Shown: positions 1 through 10,002, counted from the stretch's first letter. The stretch is 64,000 nt of DNA from an uncultured Fibrobacteria bacterium (GCA_963716395.1 OY970309.1:2944001-3008000); one strand, 5' to 3'. Notes: generated by a model not told the origin, from the sequence alone. Numbers and translations are program-made.

Positions 1-432
1 TTCATGACGGGGCACGGCCGCGTCGCATTCACCGAGGAAGAGCGCCGCGTGCTGCGCGAGTTTTTGCGCCGCGGCGGCCTGTTGTTCGCCGACGACAATT
101 ACGGCTTGGCCGAGTCGTTCCGCATCGAGATGAAGGCCTTGTTCCCCCACCGGCCTTTGCGCGTGATTCCCATCACGAATCCAATATTCAATAGCCATTA
201 CCATTTTCCCAAGGGGTTGCCCAAAATCCATTACCATGACGGCCTGCCCGCCACGGCGTACGGCATCGAGATGGGCGGGCGCATCGTCGTGCTTTTTACC
301 TACCAATGCGATTTGGGCAACGGCTGGGAAGATCACGAAGTGTATAACGACCCGCTGCCCTTGCATGAAGCGGCGTTGCGCATGGGCGTGAATGTCTTCG
401 CCTGGTTTTTCGCCGGCGCGAGGGCGCGGTGA
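1..432 (+). CDS. DUF4159 domain-containing protein (5'-truncated by window edge)
   Basis: MTGHG...LREFLRRGGLLFADDNYG...PKIHYHDG...DLGNGWED...ALRMGVN is typical of DUF4159; the frame is open to position 1. Confidence 0.85.
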   Translation, partial: FMTGHGRVAFTEEERRVLREFLRRGGLLFADDNYGLAESFRIEMKALFPHRPLRVIPITNPIFNSHYHFPKGLPKIHYHDGLPATAYGIEMGGRIVVLFTYQCDLGNGWEDHEVYNDPLPLHEAALRMGVNVFAWFFAGARAR

Positions 433-3400
433 GCCGGCCCCTGCCTAGTTCCAGCCGCATGCGTTGGCCCGTGCTGGCGGGCTTGCAGGCGCGATTGTTC
501 GCGGAGCGGCGCCGGCGTGTGGTTGCGGCCGGCGTTCGCGGGACGGTGGCAGCGCTGTCGTTGCAGGTGATCCTTTTGCCACTGCTGGCCTGGGCCTCGG
601 CCGACCATCCCTATCAGATCGTGTGGATTCGGGCCTTGCAGGCGACCTTTCTGTTGTACCTCGCGGCGCCGGCGGCCGTGCTGGCCGCGTGGCGGCGCGG
701 CCAATTGGGCTTGCGGCGCGCGGCTGAAGATTTGGATGGTGCGGGCGGGCCCGATCGCTTTCGCACCTTGCTGTCGCTCGACAACCATGGCCCCGAAACC
801 CTGGACGCGCTCAACGCCTTTTATGCCCAGGTCGGCGGCGAAGCCTCGCTGCGCGCGGCGTCTCCCTTCGGCCCCTTTCCCTGGGCGCGGTTGGTGCTGT
901 GTCTGGCTGCGGGCGCGTTGCTGCCGCTGGCCTCGGGGCATTACGCCGCCACTGTCTCCCGCATGCTGTTTCCGGTCGCGACCTGGAACCGGCGCCCGGT
1001 GCCGCGCTTGCAACCAATCGCCTTGCCCCACCGCATCGGACTGGGAGACACCTTGCGGTTACGGCTGCGCGTGACGCGACTGCCGGCCGATGAACCCGTC
1101 TACGCGGTGATCCGCGATGCGCGGCAAGAAATCCGCTATCCGCTGGAGCGACGGGGCGACACGGCCCGGCTGTTGCCAGGGCCCGTGTCAGGCGATCTTA
1201 CCGTGCGCTTCGAGGCCCGGGGCGCGGAAACGCCGGAGTGGACGGTGTACGCGGTGCCCCCGCCGCAACCCGATTCCTTCGGCGCCGTAATCCGGTCGCC
1301 GGCATACACGCATTTGCCGCCCGAAACCCTGTCACAGGTTCCGGCCACCCAGGCCGTTTTGCCGGGCAGCGAAGTGGCCTGGGGGATGCACACCTCGGAA
1401 CCGTTGTACCGGCTCATCGCCGTGATCCAAACCGCCGCGGCGCCGCCCGAAACCTTGCAATTGGGAGCGGGAAGTGCGTTTCATTTCGCACGGGAAATCC
1501 GCGCGCCCGCGGCGTTGTGGTTGCGACTGCAAGCCGTGCAGGGCGGCGATACGATCACCGGGCGGGCCGGCCCTTACCGAATCGAGCTTTCCGCCGACGC
1601 GCCGCCTGAAATCGCCCTAGTCGAACCCGACTCGGATCAAGCCTTGGGCCGGGCGCTCAAATTGCCGGTGCTGTTCCGCGCGCGCGACGATTACGGCCTG
1701 GTGCGCGTGCGCTTGTGCTATGCGGTGTTCGGCGACGGGCTGAAATCGCAGGGTCGCAAAGACATCACTTCGTGGTGGCGGGCCGCCAGTGGTCTGGGCG
1801 GCGGCGTCTGGGATCTGGGCGGGTTGGAATTGTATCCGGGCAACGTCGTCGAGATGCATCTCGAAGCCACCGACAACGATGCCTTGGATCCGCATACCGC
1901 GCGTTCGCAAACCGTGCGGTTGCGCTTGCCGTCGATGGAAGAAGTGGTGACCCAGTTGGAGTCCAATGAGCGGAACGCGGCCACCAGCGTGCGCAGCGCC
2001 GAAGAACGCGCACAAGCTTTGCGCCGCGAATGGGACGAGTCGGGCCGGCCGGCTCCCGCGCCCGGTCCGCCGCTGCCGGGGGAATGGGACGTGGAACGCG
2101 TGCTCAGCCTGGAGCCGCGGCAAAGCGCGCAGCAAGTGCAAAGTTTTCTCGCCGACGCGCAACCGGGAAAAAGTGCCCGGCCGGGAGAAGCCCGGCGCGC
2201 GGCGCAGCGCGCGGCTTCGGCCCTGCAGCGGCAGGTGCCGGCTCCCGGCGTCAGTCGCCTGCCTCTGCAAGATCAGAAACGCATTCTCGACACCCTGCTG
2301 CGCGCTCAGGAAAATCTGACGCGCGCGTTTTCCACCTTGCCGCCCGCGCCGCCAAAGGCACCGCAAGCGGGATTGCTCCAGGCCCAGCGCGCTGCGCTGC
2401 AGGAGCAGCTCCACCGCCAACTCCAGGAACAAAAGGATTTGCGCGCCTGGATGCAGGATCAGCAGCGGGTGGCGGCCGAGCGCGCGCAGCGCTTACAGCA
2501 AGCGGAACAGGATCAGGCCCGGGTGCAGGCAGACATGCGCCAGGCCCTGGAACAAATGCAAAAGACCATGCAGAAGGCGGCCCAGAACGGCGTGTTGACG
2601 CCGGAGGTCATGGAGAAAATGCAGCGCGTGCGCGAATTGCTGCAAGGGCTGATGCCCGACAGCTTGATGCAAAATCAGCCAGCGGCTACGGGAAAGTTGG
2701 ATTTGGACGCGGTGCGCAAAAATCTCGACGACATGCTGAACCACGGCGACGCCTTGCGCGCCGGTTTGGATCAGGCGCTGCACATGCTCGAAATGCTGCA
2801 CGGACTGCGCGATTTGCAAAACTTTTCCCAAACCCTGCGTGGCCTCGAAGCCGGGCAAAAAGATTTGCAAGCGAAACTTTCCCACGGTACTAACGCGGAT
2901 TCCGCAGCCGCGTCGCAAGCCGCCTTGCGGCGGAAATTGGAGCAGACCTTGCAGTCCCTGGACAGTCTGGCCGCGCGCCAAGCCGCCTTTCGCCCTTTGC
3001 AGAAGCAAAGCCAGGGTCGCGCCGCGGCCGGTCAGATGCGGGCGGCCGAAAAGCAAATGCGCAGCGGGGCGAAAAATGCGGCGGCGCAAAGCGCGGCCCA
3101 GGCCGCGCAAAGTCTGGGTCAAGCCGCACAGCAACTCGATGCGTTCATGCAGCAATTCCAAGGCGGTCCCAGTGCCGACGAAATCGCAGCCGTGGTCGAG
3201 GAAACCCTCGAATTGACGCGCTGGATCGAGGTCGTGCGCAATCCCGCGTTTCGAAAGACCGCCGGATGGGTCGAAGGGGATTCGGCGTTGTTCCAGCGCG
3301 TTTCCGAAACGGCGCGATGGCTGCGCGGCAAAATGGACAAACTGGCCGCGCGGCAGCCTTATGCCGCCGATGAATTGACGGCGCAGGCCTCGGCCCTGGG

Positions 3401-4199
3401 ATTTTTTGCCCAAGCTTTGGCGCAAGACTATTCCGTAGATGAAGTCGATAGCGTGCAATATCATGCGCGTCTGGCCGCGCGCGAATTGCTGAAGTGGATG
3501 GATCGCGCCGAGCATCCGCCGACCGGAGGGAGCGGTGGGGGAATGGGATTACCCCAGGCCGGCGGTTCGCAACCGGGTGGCGGCCTCGACGCATTGGCAG
3601 GAAGGCTGAAGGGAATTTCGGGCCGGCAAATGGCGGTAAACGATGCCACGCAGCAATTGCTGCAGGCTTTCATGCAGGGCCGCCAACCCGGCGGCGGATC
3701 CGCAGGCGGCGGCGAAAGCGAAGGCGAGGGCGGGGAGGGAAATTCCCAGGATGGCGGCGGCGGAAAGCCGGGGGCTGCGGGCGGAGCGGCGCAAGCGCAG
3801 CAGGCCGTGGGCGAATCACTGGAAGACCTGGCCGAATCCGAAAGCGATGCCGGCGGTGCGGCGCGCAAGCTGCGCGCACTGGCGCAGGAAGCCCGCGACT
3901 TGGAAAACGATTTGCGTTCCGGTCGGCTTTCGGCCCAGGAGATCCGGCAACGGCAGGATCGCTTTCAAACCCGGCTCTTGCAAGCCGCCAACGCCCTGGA
4001 GGTGCGGGGAGAAGATCGCCGGCGCCAGGCCGAGGCGTATCGCGGCCAAGCCTTGTCGCCGTTGCCCGCCGATTCGACGCCGGGGCGCGACTGGATGCGC
4101 GAATTGCGCCGCCGACGTGACGCCGCTCGCGACTTGGCGCTGTCGCCTGAACAAAGAAGTTACCTCGAATGGTATTATGATCACCTGTTAGCGCAATGA
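429..4199 (+). CDS. Large membrane-anchored coiled-coil protein (DUF4175-like)
   Basis: N-terminal TM helices, Ig-like region with D.PP.I and ARDDYGL / ATDND motifs, long Gln/Ala coiled coil, Gly-rich tract, ends in Y..YY..L; GTGA overlap with the DUF4159 gene. Confidence 0.7.
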   Translation: MSRPLPSSSRMRWPVLAGLQARLFAERRRRVVAAGVRGTVAALSLQVILLPLLAWASADHPYQIVWIRALQATFLLYLAAPAAVLAAWRRGQLGLRRAAEDLDGAGGPDRFRTLLSLDNHGPETLDALNAFYAQVGGEASLRAASPFGPFPWARLVLCLAAGALLPLASGHYAATVSRMLFPVATWNRRPVPRLQPIALPHRIGLGDTLRLRLRVTRLPADEPVYAVIRDARQEIRYPLERRGDTARLLPGPVSGDLTVRFEARGAETPEWTVYAVPPPQPDSFGAVIRSPAYTHLPPETLSQVPATQAVLPGSEVAWGMHTSEPLYRLIAVIQTAAAPPETLQLGAGSAFHFAREIRAPAALWLRLQAVQGGDTITGRAGPYRIELSADAPPEIALVEPDSDQALGRALKLPVLFRARDDYGLVRVRLCYAVFGDGLKSQGRKDITSWWRAASGLGGGVWDLGGLELYPGNVVEMHLEATDNDALDPHTARSQTVRLRLPSMEEVVTQLESNERNAATSVRSAEERAQALRREWDESGRPAPAPGPPLPGEWDVERVLSLEPRQSAQQVQSFLADAQPGKSARPGEARRAAQRAASALQRQVPAPGVSRLPLQDQKRILDTLLRAQENLTRAFSTLPPAPPKAPQAGLLQAQRAALQEQLHRQLQEQKDLRAWMQDQQRVAAERAQRLQQAEQDQARVQADMRQALEQMQKTMQKAAQNGVLTPEVMEKMQRVRELLQGLMPDSLMQNQPAATGKLDLDAVRKNLDDMLNHGDALRAGLDQALHMLEMLHGLRDLQNFSQTLRGLEAGQKDLQAKLSHGTNADSAAASQAALRRKLEQTLQSLDSLAARQAAFRPLQKQSQGRAAAGQMRAAEKQMRSGAKNAAAQSAAQAAQSLGQAAQQLDAFMQQFQGGPSADEIAAVVEETLELTRWIEVVRNPAFRKTAGWVEGDSALFQRVSETARWLRGKMDKLAARQPYAADELTAQASALGFFAQALAQDYSVDEVDSVQYHARLAARELLKWMDRAEHPPTGGSGGGMGLPQAGGSQPGGGLDALAGRLKGISGRQMAVNDATQQLLQAFMQGRQPGGGSAGGGESEGEGGEGNSQDGGGGKPGAAGGAAQAQQAVGESLEDLAESESDAGGAARKLRALAQEARDLENDLRSGRLSAQEIRQRQDRFQTRLLQAANALEVRGEDRRRQAEAYRGQALSPLPADSTPGRDWMRELRRRRDAARDLALSPEQRSYLEWYYDHLLAQ

Positions 4200-4999
4200 G
4201 ATCAGGTATGCGGGCAATGACGGCGGTAGACGACGGCGTACTATGGTTGGGCCGCAAGGTGTTGCGCGCCTTCGGCCAAACCGGCCTGTTTCTGCGCTTC
4301 ACCTGGGAATTGTTCTGGAACCTGCCGCGCGTGTTCCGCAACTTCCACCTGACGGTCGAGCAGATGTACCTGATGGGCATCACCTCCATCCCGCTGGTGG
4401 GGTTGACCTCGGTATTTTCCGGCGCCGTGGCCGCCTGGCAGGCGGCCTACAACTTTGCGGGCTACGTCCCTCTGAGTTATGTAGGTACGGCCGTGGGCAA
4501 ATCCGTGATGCTGGAAGTGGGACCGGTACTGACGGCCATCGTGGTCACGGGGCGGGTGGGGGCGGCCATGACTGCCGAACTCGGAACCATGGCGGTCACC
4601 GAACAGCTCGACGCCATGCGCTGCCTCGACCTTAACCCGTTTCGCTTTCTGCTTGCGCCCCGGCTGTTGGCCGGCATGATTATGCTGCCGTTGCTCACGA
4701 TCTTTTCCACCTTTGTGGCCATCGTGGGGGCTCTGGTCGTGGTCATGGTGTTCAAGGGGTTGTCGGCCGCGGCGTTTTTCTCCGGGGTGCGTCTGTTCTA
4801 TACCGATTGGGATCTGTTCATCGGCCTGCTCAAGGCCTTCGTCTTCGGAATCTGGATCGCCTTGTTCGGCTGCTTTTTCGGCTACCACAGCACGCAGGGC
4901 GCCGAAGGGGTGGGGCGCTCCACCATGGCCGCGGTGGTGGCTTCGAACGTGGCGGTGCTCGTCAGCGGATTTTTGCTGTCTAGCTTTCTCCTGAAATGA
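4196..4999 (+). CDS. mlaE: MlaE-family ABC transporter permease
   Basis: EVGPVLTAIVVTGRVGAAMTAELGTMAVTEQLDAM and GAEGVGRST motifs; the start could be 4208 or 4217. Confidence 0.9.
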   Translation: MRSGMRAMTAVDDGVLWLGRKVLRAFGQTGLFLRFTWELFWNLPRVFRNFHLTVEQMYLMGITSIPLVGLTSVFSGAVAAWQAAYNFAGYVPLSYVGTAVGKSVMLEVGPVLTAIVVTGRVGAAMTAELGTMAVTEQLDAMRCLDLNPFRFLLAPRLLAGMIMLPLLTIFSTFVAIVGALVVVMVFKGLSAAAFFSGVRLFYTDWDLFIGLLKAFVFGIWIALFGCFFGYHSTQGAEGVGRSTMAAVVASNVAVLVSGFLLSSFLLK

Positions 5000-5036
5000 T
5001 CCCATCCGCAGCGCGGCCGCGCAGTCCGAAAGCACT

Positions 5037-7709
5037 ATGGCACAACGCTATCTGACCACCCTCGAAAAGCGCAGCGATTTCGTGGAAAATCTGCGCGACG
5101 CCTTTGAAGCGCCCGATCCGGGGGCGCGCAACCGCGCCATCAAAGAACTGATTCAGAAACAACACGGGAAAATCCGGCGGCTGAATCGCGAAGGCGCTTC
5201 GGGCGCCGATACCGTGCGCTTTCTCAGCGAAACCGTCGACACCGTGTTGCGTGTGCTCTGGGATCACGTGGAAATGAGCGTTCCCGACGCCGCCAATCTC
5301 GTGGCGCTGGTGGCCGTCGGGGGGTATGGCCGCATGGAGCTCTGCCCGCAAAGCGACATCGACCTGCTCATCCTGACTTCGGCGAAACCCGACGCGCAGG
5401 AAGTGGCGCAGGCCGAAACCATCGTCCGCAGCCTGTGGGATTTCGGTTTCACTGCGGGATCCTCGGTGCGTTCGGTGGCCCAATGCCAGGAAGCATCGGC
5501 CAAAGACCCGGACACCTGGACCTCGTTTCTGAACGAGCGCTTCGTGGCCGGCAACCACGCCTTGTACCAACGCTTCGTACACATGATGGGCAAGCGCCTG
5601 TTTCCCTGGCGCGTATCGACCTTGGTGGCTTCCAAACTCAGCGAGCGGCAGGCGCGTCTGGGCAAGACCGGAACCCTGATTCAGTTGCTCGAACCCAACA
5701 TCAAAGAAGGGCTGGGGTGCTTGCGCGACGTGCACACCATGATGTGGGTGGCCCAGGTCAAACATGGCTGTTCCACCTTCGGCGATTTGGTGCGCGAGGG
5801 CCTTATCACCCCGCAAGAGCAGGAGGATTTGCAGGCCGCCTACGATTTTCTCCTGCAAGTGCGTTGCTGTCTGCATTTCCTCACCCAGAAAAAAGACGAC
5901 CGGCTGAGTTTTTATCTGCAACCCGAGGTCGCGGCCGAGTTGGGCTTCGTCGACGACGGCTCCTTCAAGGCGGTGGAGATTTTTCTCAAGGTGTTTTACC
6001 ACCACACCAAAACCGTGTTCCGCGTGGCCGAAACCGTGATTTCGCGCTGGATGCGGTCGCCGGGAAAAACGCTCAAGTACGAAGAGCTGCGGCAGCATCC
6101 CCATTTTCAGGCCGTCGAGGGCGCGCTCGATCTCACCACGCGCGTTGGCAATCCCTTTCGCGGCCGGCTCGATCTTGTGCTCGAATACTTCGACCTGGTG
6201 AACCGCCTGAACCTGGGGTATGCCCACCATGCCGTGTTGCGCATCAAACAGGCGGTGGCCCTGGTCACGGGAGAGCTGCCCGAGGCTCCCGCGCACCTGG
6301 CGCGTTTTCTGGCACTGTGCCAGCGTTCCGAACGCGTGGGGCGCATGCTGCGCGCCATGAGCGATGTGGGGCTCGTCGGCCTGCTCCTGCCCGATTTCAA
6401 CCTCATTTATTGCCATAGCCAACACGATATCTATCACATCTACACCACCGACGAACACACCATCACCGTGGTGCGCCAGTTGGCGTATCTGCCCCAGCGG
6501 CCGGAAAAGGAATTGGCGTCGCTACGGGCCGCCCTGGAACAGGTGAGCGATCGCGAAGTGCTGGTGCTGGCCTGCTTCTACCACGACATCGGCAAAGGTC
6601 TGGGCGCCGGCCATTCGGCCAGCGGCGCGCGCTTGGTCTTTCAATTCATGGAGCGTATGGGATTTTCGGCCTCGCGCTGTCTGACCGCCTCCAATCTGGT
6701 GCTGCACCATTTGCTGATGAACGAGGTGATCCAGCGCCGCGACCTGGAAGATCCCAAAACCATCCACGATTTCACCACGAAAATCGAAAGCCCGGCATTT
6801 TTGCACAAGTTGTACGTCCTGACCTATTGCGATGCATCTTCGGTGCATCCCGACGCCTGGTCGAATTGGAAAGCGTCGCTGCTGCAGCAGTTGTATGAGC
6901 ATGCGCTGCGCATGCTTTTGCAGCCCTACCAGGCGGCCCAGGTGCGGCGCGGGCCCGAAGCCTCCGAAGTGCTGGCGGCGCTGGGGCGCGTGCTTGCACC
7001 CGATGCCGCGCAGGCCCATTGGCAGGCGCTGACCGAGAATTATTTGGCCGCCCATTCGGCCGAAGAGATCGCCCTGCATGCCAAGCTGCTGGAGCGGGTC
7101 GCCGCGGAAGGCTGCGGGGTTTACGTGCTGCCCAAATCCACGCATTGGGAAATTACCGTGGCGGCCCGGGACGAGGAAGCCCTGCTGTGCCGCATTGCAG
7201 GATGCCTGGCCCACCTTCAGCTTTCGATTCTGAGCGCGAAGATTTACACCCTAGGCGGCGGCAAAGTGGTGGATCGGTTTTGGGTGGCGCTGCCCGAAGA
7301 CGCGACGCTGACCGCCGAGGTGTTGCGCGCGCACCTGTTGGCCGAACTGCAAATGCGGTTTCGCTTGGGGCGCGACGAACTGCAGGACTTGCGCCTTATC
7401 CGGGTACGCCCCGGCGCTTTACCCGAAGGCGATGCGCCGGCCGCGGCTAACGTATTGGTTTCAAATGAAATATCCGACACCTTCACCGTGGTCGACGTGA
7501 CTTGCCGCGATCAAATCGGTCTTTTGTTCCAGGTGGCGTTGGTGTTGAGTGAACTGGGACTCAACGTGCACGGCGCCGTGTTGACCACCGAAGCCGACAA
7601 AGCCATGGACGCCTTCTACATCACTGCCGCGGATGGAGCAAAGGTCACCGACGCCGCGCGTTGCCAAGCCATCATCGCCGCGCTCGAACGCGAACTCGCC
7701 TTCCATTAG
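5037..7709 (+). CDS. glnD: [Protein-PII] uridylyltransferase / uridylyl-removing enzyme
   Basis: AVGGYGR...SDIDLL nucleotidyltransferase motif, LEPNIKEG.G.LRD, YH.YTTDEH, HDIGKG HD domain, two C-terminal ACT domains. Confidence 0.95.
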   Translation: MAQRYLTTLEKRSDFVENLRDAFEAPDPGARNRAIKELIQKQHGKIRRLNREGASGADTVRFLSETVDTVLRVLWDHVEMSVPDAANLVALVAVGGYGRMELCPQSDIDLLILTSAKPDAQEVAQAETIVRSLWDFGFTAGSSVRSVAQCQEASAKDPDTWTSFLNERFVAGNHALYQRFVHMMGKRLFPWRVSTLVASKLSERQARLGKTGTLIQLLEPNIKEGLGCLRDVHTMMWVAQVKHGCSTFGDLVREGLITPQEQEDLQAAYDFLLQVRCCLHFLTQKKDDRLSFYLQPEVAAELGFVDDGSFKAVEIFLKVFYHHTKTVFRVAETVISRWMRSPGKTLKYEELRQHPHFQAVEGALDLTTRVGNPFRGRLDLVLEYFDLVNRLNLGYAHHAVLRIKQAVALVTGELPEAPAHLARFLALCQRSERVGRMLRAMSDVGLVGLLLPDFNLIYCHSQHDIYHIYTTDEHTITVVRQLAYLPQRPEKELASLRAALEQVSDREVLVLACFYHDIGKGLGAGHSASGARLVFQFMERMGFSASRCLTASNLVLHHLLMNEVIQRRDLEDPKTIHDFTTKIESPAFLHKLYVLTYCDASSVHPDAWSNWKASLLQQLYEHALRMLLQPYQAAQVRRGPEASEVLAALGRVLAPDAAQAHWQALTENYLAAHSAEEIALHAKLLERVAAEGCGVYVLPKSTHWEITVAARDEEALLCRIAGCLAHLQLSILSAKIYTLGGGKVVDRFWVALPEDATLTAEVLRAHLLAELQMRFRLGRDELQDLRLIRVRPGALPEGDAPAAANVLVSNEISDTFTVVDVTCRDQIGLLFQVALVLSELGLNVHGAVLTTEADKAMDAFYITAADGAKVTDAARCQAIIAALERELAFH

Positions 7710-7974
7710 GCGGGGTCACCCGCACGCTGCGTACCATCGCCGACACCCCCCGCGGTGAAGGAATGGCTTGACTAATTCTTTCCATCACTTTATCATTTAC
7801 CACAGAACCGACGATCACAGGAAGAACTCGTTGACCCGTCCGCTCCCGTCATTGCTCCTTTTCCCATCCCAATCACGCCCTGCTATCGTCGGGTGCCTAA
7901 TAAATACGGGGCTTTCAAACGTATACTGCCATTTAAACAACATAAATCACAAATTGAATTGAACCCATCCGGAG

Positions 7975-7984
7975 GGAGGTGATC
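7975..7984 (+). promoter_or_regulatory. Extended Shine-Dalgarno sequence of the microprotein gene
   Basis: GGAGGTGATC is a perfect 10-nt complement of the canonical 16S 3' end (GAUCACCUCC); GGAGG ends 7 nt before the ATG at 7987. Confidence 0.85.
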
Positions 7985-7986
7985 AC

Positions 7987-8061
7987 ATGGCCGCTAAGAA
8001 AAAAGCGAAGAAGGCCGCCAAGAAAAAGGCAGCCAAGAAATCCGCTAAGAAGAAGAAATAA
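7987..8061 (+). CDS. 24-aa Lys/Ala-rich basic microprotein MAAKKKAKKAAKKKAAKKSAKKKK (histone-H1-like)
   Basis: Translated by hand. ATG 7987 to TAA 8061, perfect SD, AT-rich upstream with TATACT at 7922-7927, intrinsic terminator downstream, varied synonymous codons (AAG/AAA; GCC/GCT/GCG/GCA). Below the ORF-track length cutoff. Confidence 0.85.
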   Translation: MAAKKKAKKAAKKKAAKKSAKKKK

Positions 8062-8100
8062 CGTGTTCTGATTCCATCTCTCATGGAATCAATCGGTTAA

Positions 8101-8136
8101 GGGAGGCCAGGACGTCCTGGCCTCCTTTTTGTTTTT
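8101..8136 (+). terminator. Rho-independent terminator
   Basis: Perfect 24-nt palindrome GGAGGCCAGGACGTCCTGGCCTCC (8102-8125) followed by TTTTTGTTTTT; a second hairpin TGATTCCAT-ctctc-ATGGAATCA lies at 8069-8091. Confidence 0.85.
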
Positions 8137-8274
8137 ATCGCCGCGACGACCTTCGCGTCGTCTTACCCACTGGCGTCGGCGCGACGCGCCTCACTTTTCG
8201 GCCAGGAAATTCGGGGAGTGGTACTTCCGACGGGTAAAAAATCTTCGCTACCGCGGCCGGAGGCTGAGACCCGC

Positions 8275-10002
8275 TTACATCGTCTCAATGGCGGGAACGC
8301 CGATGAGATCGAGCGCCGCGGCCAGTACGGATTTGACGATGTGTACCAAGACCAGGCGTTCCGCTTCTTCGGGGGCGCCGATCACGCGCGAAGAATGCAG
8401 AAAATGGTGCGTGGCGTCGGCCAGGCCCAGGGCGAATTGGGCCATGGGACAGGGATCGCGTCCGTCGATGACGGCCGTGATTTTATCCGGGAATTGGGCC
8501 ACCCATTCCACCAAGGCGAACGACGCTGGGTCGGCCAATACGCTCCAGCGCAGGGCGGCCAACGCCGCGACGTCATATGCCGGCGGCGCGTCGGCTTTGC
8601 GCAGAATGCTGCACAGGCGCACATGGGCGTTTTGCACATAGGGTCCGGAATCACCTTCGAAACTCAGGGCCTGGTCCCATTCGAAGCGAATGTCGTTTTG
8701 GCGGCGGTTTTTCATTTCGCCGAACACCAAAGCGCCCACACCGATGCGCATGGCCAGGTCGCGATCGCCCGCCGCCGTGGGATTTTTTTCGGACATGACG
8801 GTCAGGATTTTTTCCTGCGCGGCTTCAAGCACGTCTTTGAGCAGGCTCGCCTGCCCGGTGCGTGACTTGCCTTTTTCCCAGCCGCCGTCGTCGCTTTTGA
8901 TCAACACCAGACCGAAGGGAATGTGTTCGCAGCGTCGCGACCACGCATACCCCAACAGATCCAAGATTTTGAACAACTGCTGAAAATGCAGACTTTGTCC
9001 GTTGTCCACCACATAGAGGCAATGGTCGAAGGCATATTCGCGCTGGCGATGCACGGCGGCCGCCAAGTCGCGGGTGATGTACAAGGTGGCGCCGTCGGAT
9101 TTGCGGATCAGGGCAGGTGGCATACCGAACTCCGACAGGTCCACGATTTCGGCGCCTTGGCTTTCACGCAGCAAGCTGCGATCGCGCAGAAGATGGCGGG
9201 TCGCTTCGGCCTGATCGGCGAAATAGGCTTCGCCCACAAACGCGTCGAATTCCACGTTCAACAGGGAGTACAGCCGCCGCAATTCCTGCAGTGTCACTTC
9301 GCGAAAAGCGGCCCACAGTTTGCGATAGTGCGCGTCGCCCGCCTCGAGCTGTGCAAAGGCGCGGCGCGCTTCCTCTTCGAGAGCGGGCTCGGCGCGCGCC
9401 GCTTCGTCGAAGGCGCGGTACAGCGCATTGAGGCGCGGCAGGGTCAAGGCCGTTAGATCGTTTTCGCGCAGGCCTTCGCGGCCGAACATGACGATCAATT
9501 TTCCGTAGGAGGTACCCCAATCGCCCAAGTGGTTGACCCGCACCACGTTGAAACCGCCGGCGGCAAAAGCCCGGCTCAGGCAATGTCCGATCATGGTACC
9601 GCGCAAATGGTGAAAGGCCAACTCTTTGCCCATGTTGGGCGACGAATAATCGATCACTGCGCATCGACCCGCCCCGCGGGAACTGCGCCCGTACTCCGGG
9701 CCTTCCTGCACCACCTGCAGAATCACCCGGCGGGCGAAGTCGGACTTGTCGACGAAAAAATTGAGGTAGCCGCCAAGGGCCTCGATTTTTACGAAGCCGG
9801 GCGGCGGCTGCAAGTGGGCGGCAAGTTCCGCGGCCACGGCGGCCGGCGCTTGCCGCCGGCTTTTGGCCAAGGGAAAACAGGGAAAGGAAAAATCGCCGTG
9901 CGCGGCGTGTTGTGGAAGCAGAATGGAACTCTCCACCTGCTCTTCCGTCAGTCCCGTTGCCGGGGCAACGAGCAGGGCGATATCGCGCTTAAAGGTCGTC
10001 AT
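8275..10002 (-). CDS. argS: Arginine--tRNA ligase
   Basis: HGDFSFPCF N-domain, IDYSSPN..K..HLR, NHLGDWG, KSDGATLYITRDLAAA, SFEGDSGPYVQNAHVR (DALR domain). Confidence 0.95.
   Translation of the reverse strand: MTTFKRDIALLVAPATGLTEEQVESSILLPQHAAHGDFSFPCFPLAKSRRQAPAAVAAELAAHLQPPPGFVKIEALGGYLNFFVDKSDFARRVILQVVQEGPEYGRSSRGAGRCAVIDYSSPNMGKELAFHHLRGTMIGHCLSRAFAAGGFNVVRVNHLGDWGTSYGKLIVMFGREGLRENDLTALTLPRLNALYRAFDEAARAEPALEEEARRAFAQLEAGDAHYRKLWAAFREVTLQELRRLYSLLNVEFDAFVGEAYFADQAEATRHLLRDRSLLRESQGAEIVDLSEFGMPPALIRKSDGATLYITRDLAAAVHRQREYAFDHCLYVVDNGQSLHFQQLFKILDLLGYAWSRRCEHIPFGLVLIKSDDGGWEKGKSRTGQASLLKDVLEAAQEKILTVMSEKNPTAAGDRDLAMRIGVGALVFGEMKNRRQNDIRFEWDQALSFEGDSGPYVQNAHVRLCSILRKADAPPAYDVAALAALRWSVLADPASFALVEWVAQFPDKITAVIDGRDPCPMAQFALGLADATHHFLHSSRVIGAPEEAERLVLVHIVKSVLAAALDLIGVPAIETM

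Noticed and set aside
7971-7995. GATCACCTCC on the minus strand resembling a 16S rRNA 3' end
   Set aside because: No further rRNA similarity; better explained as the SD of the microprotein
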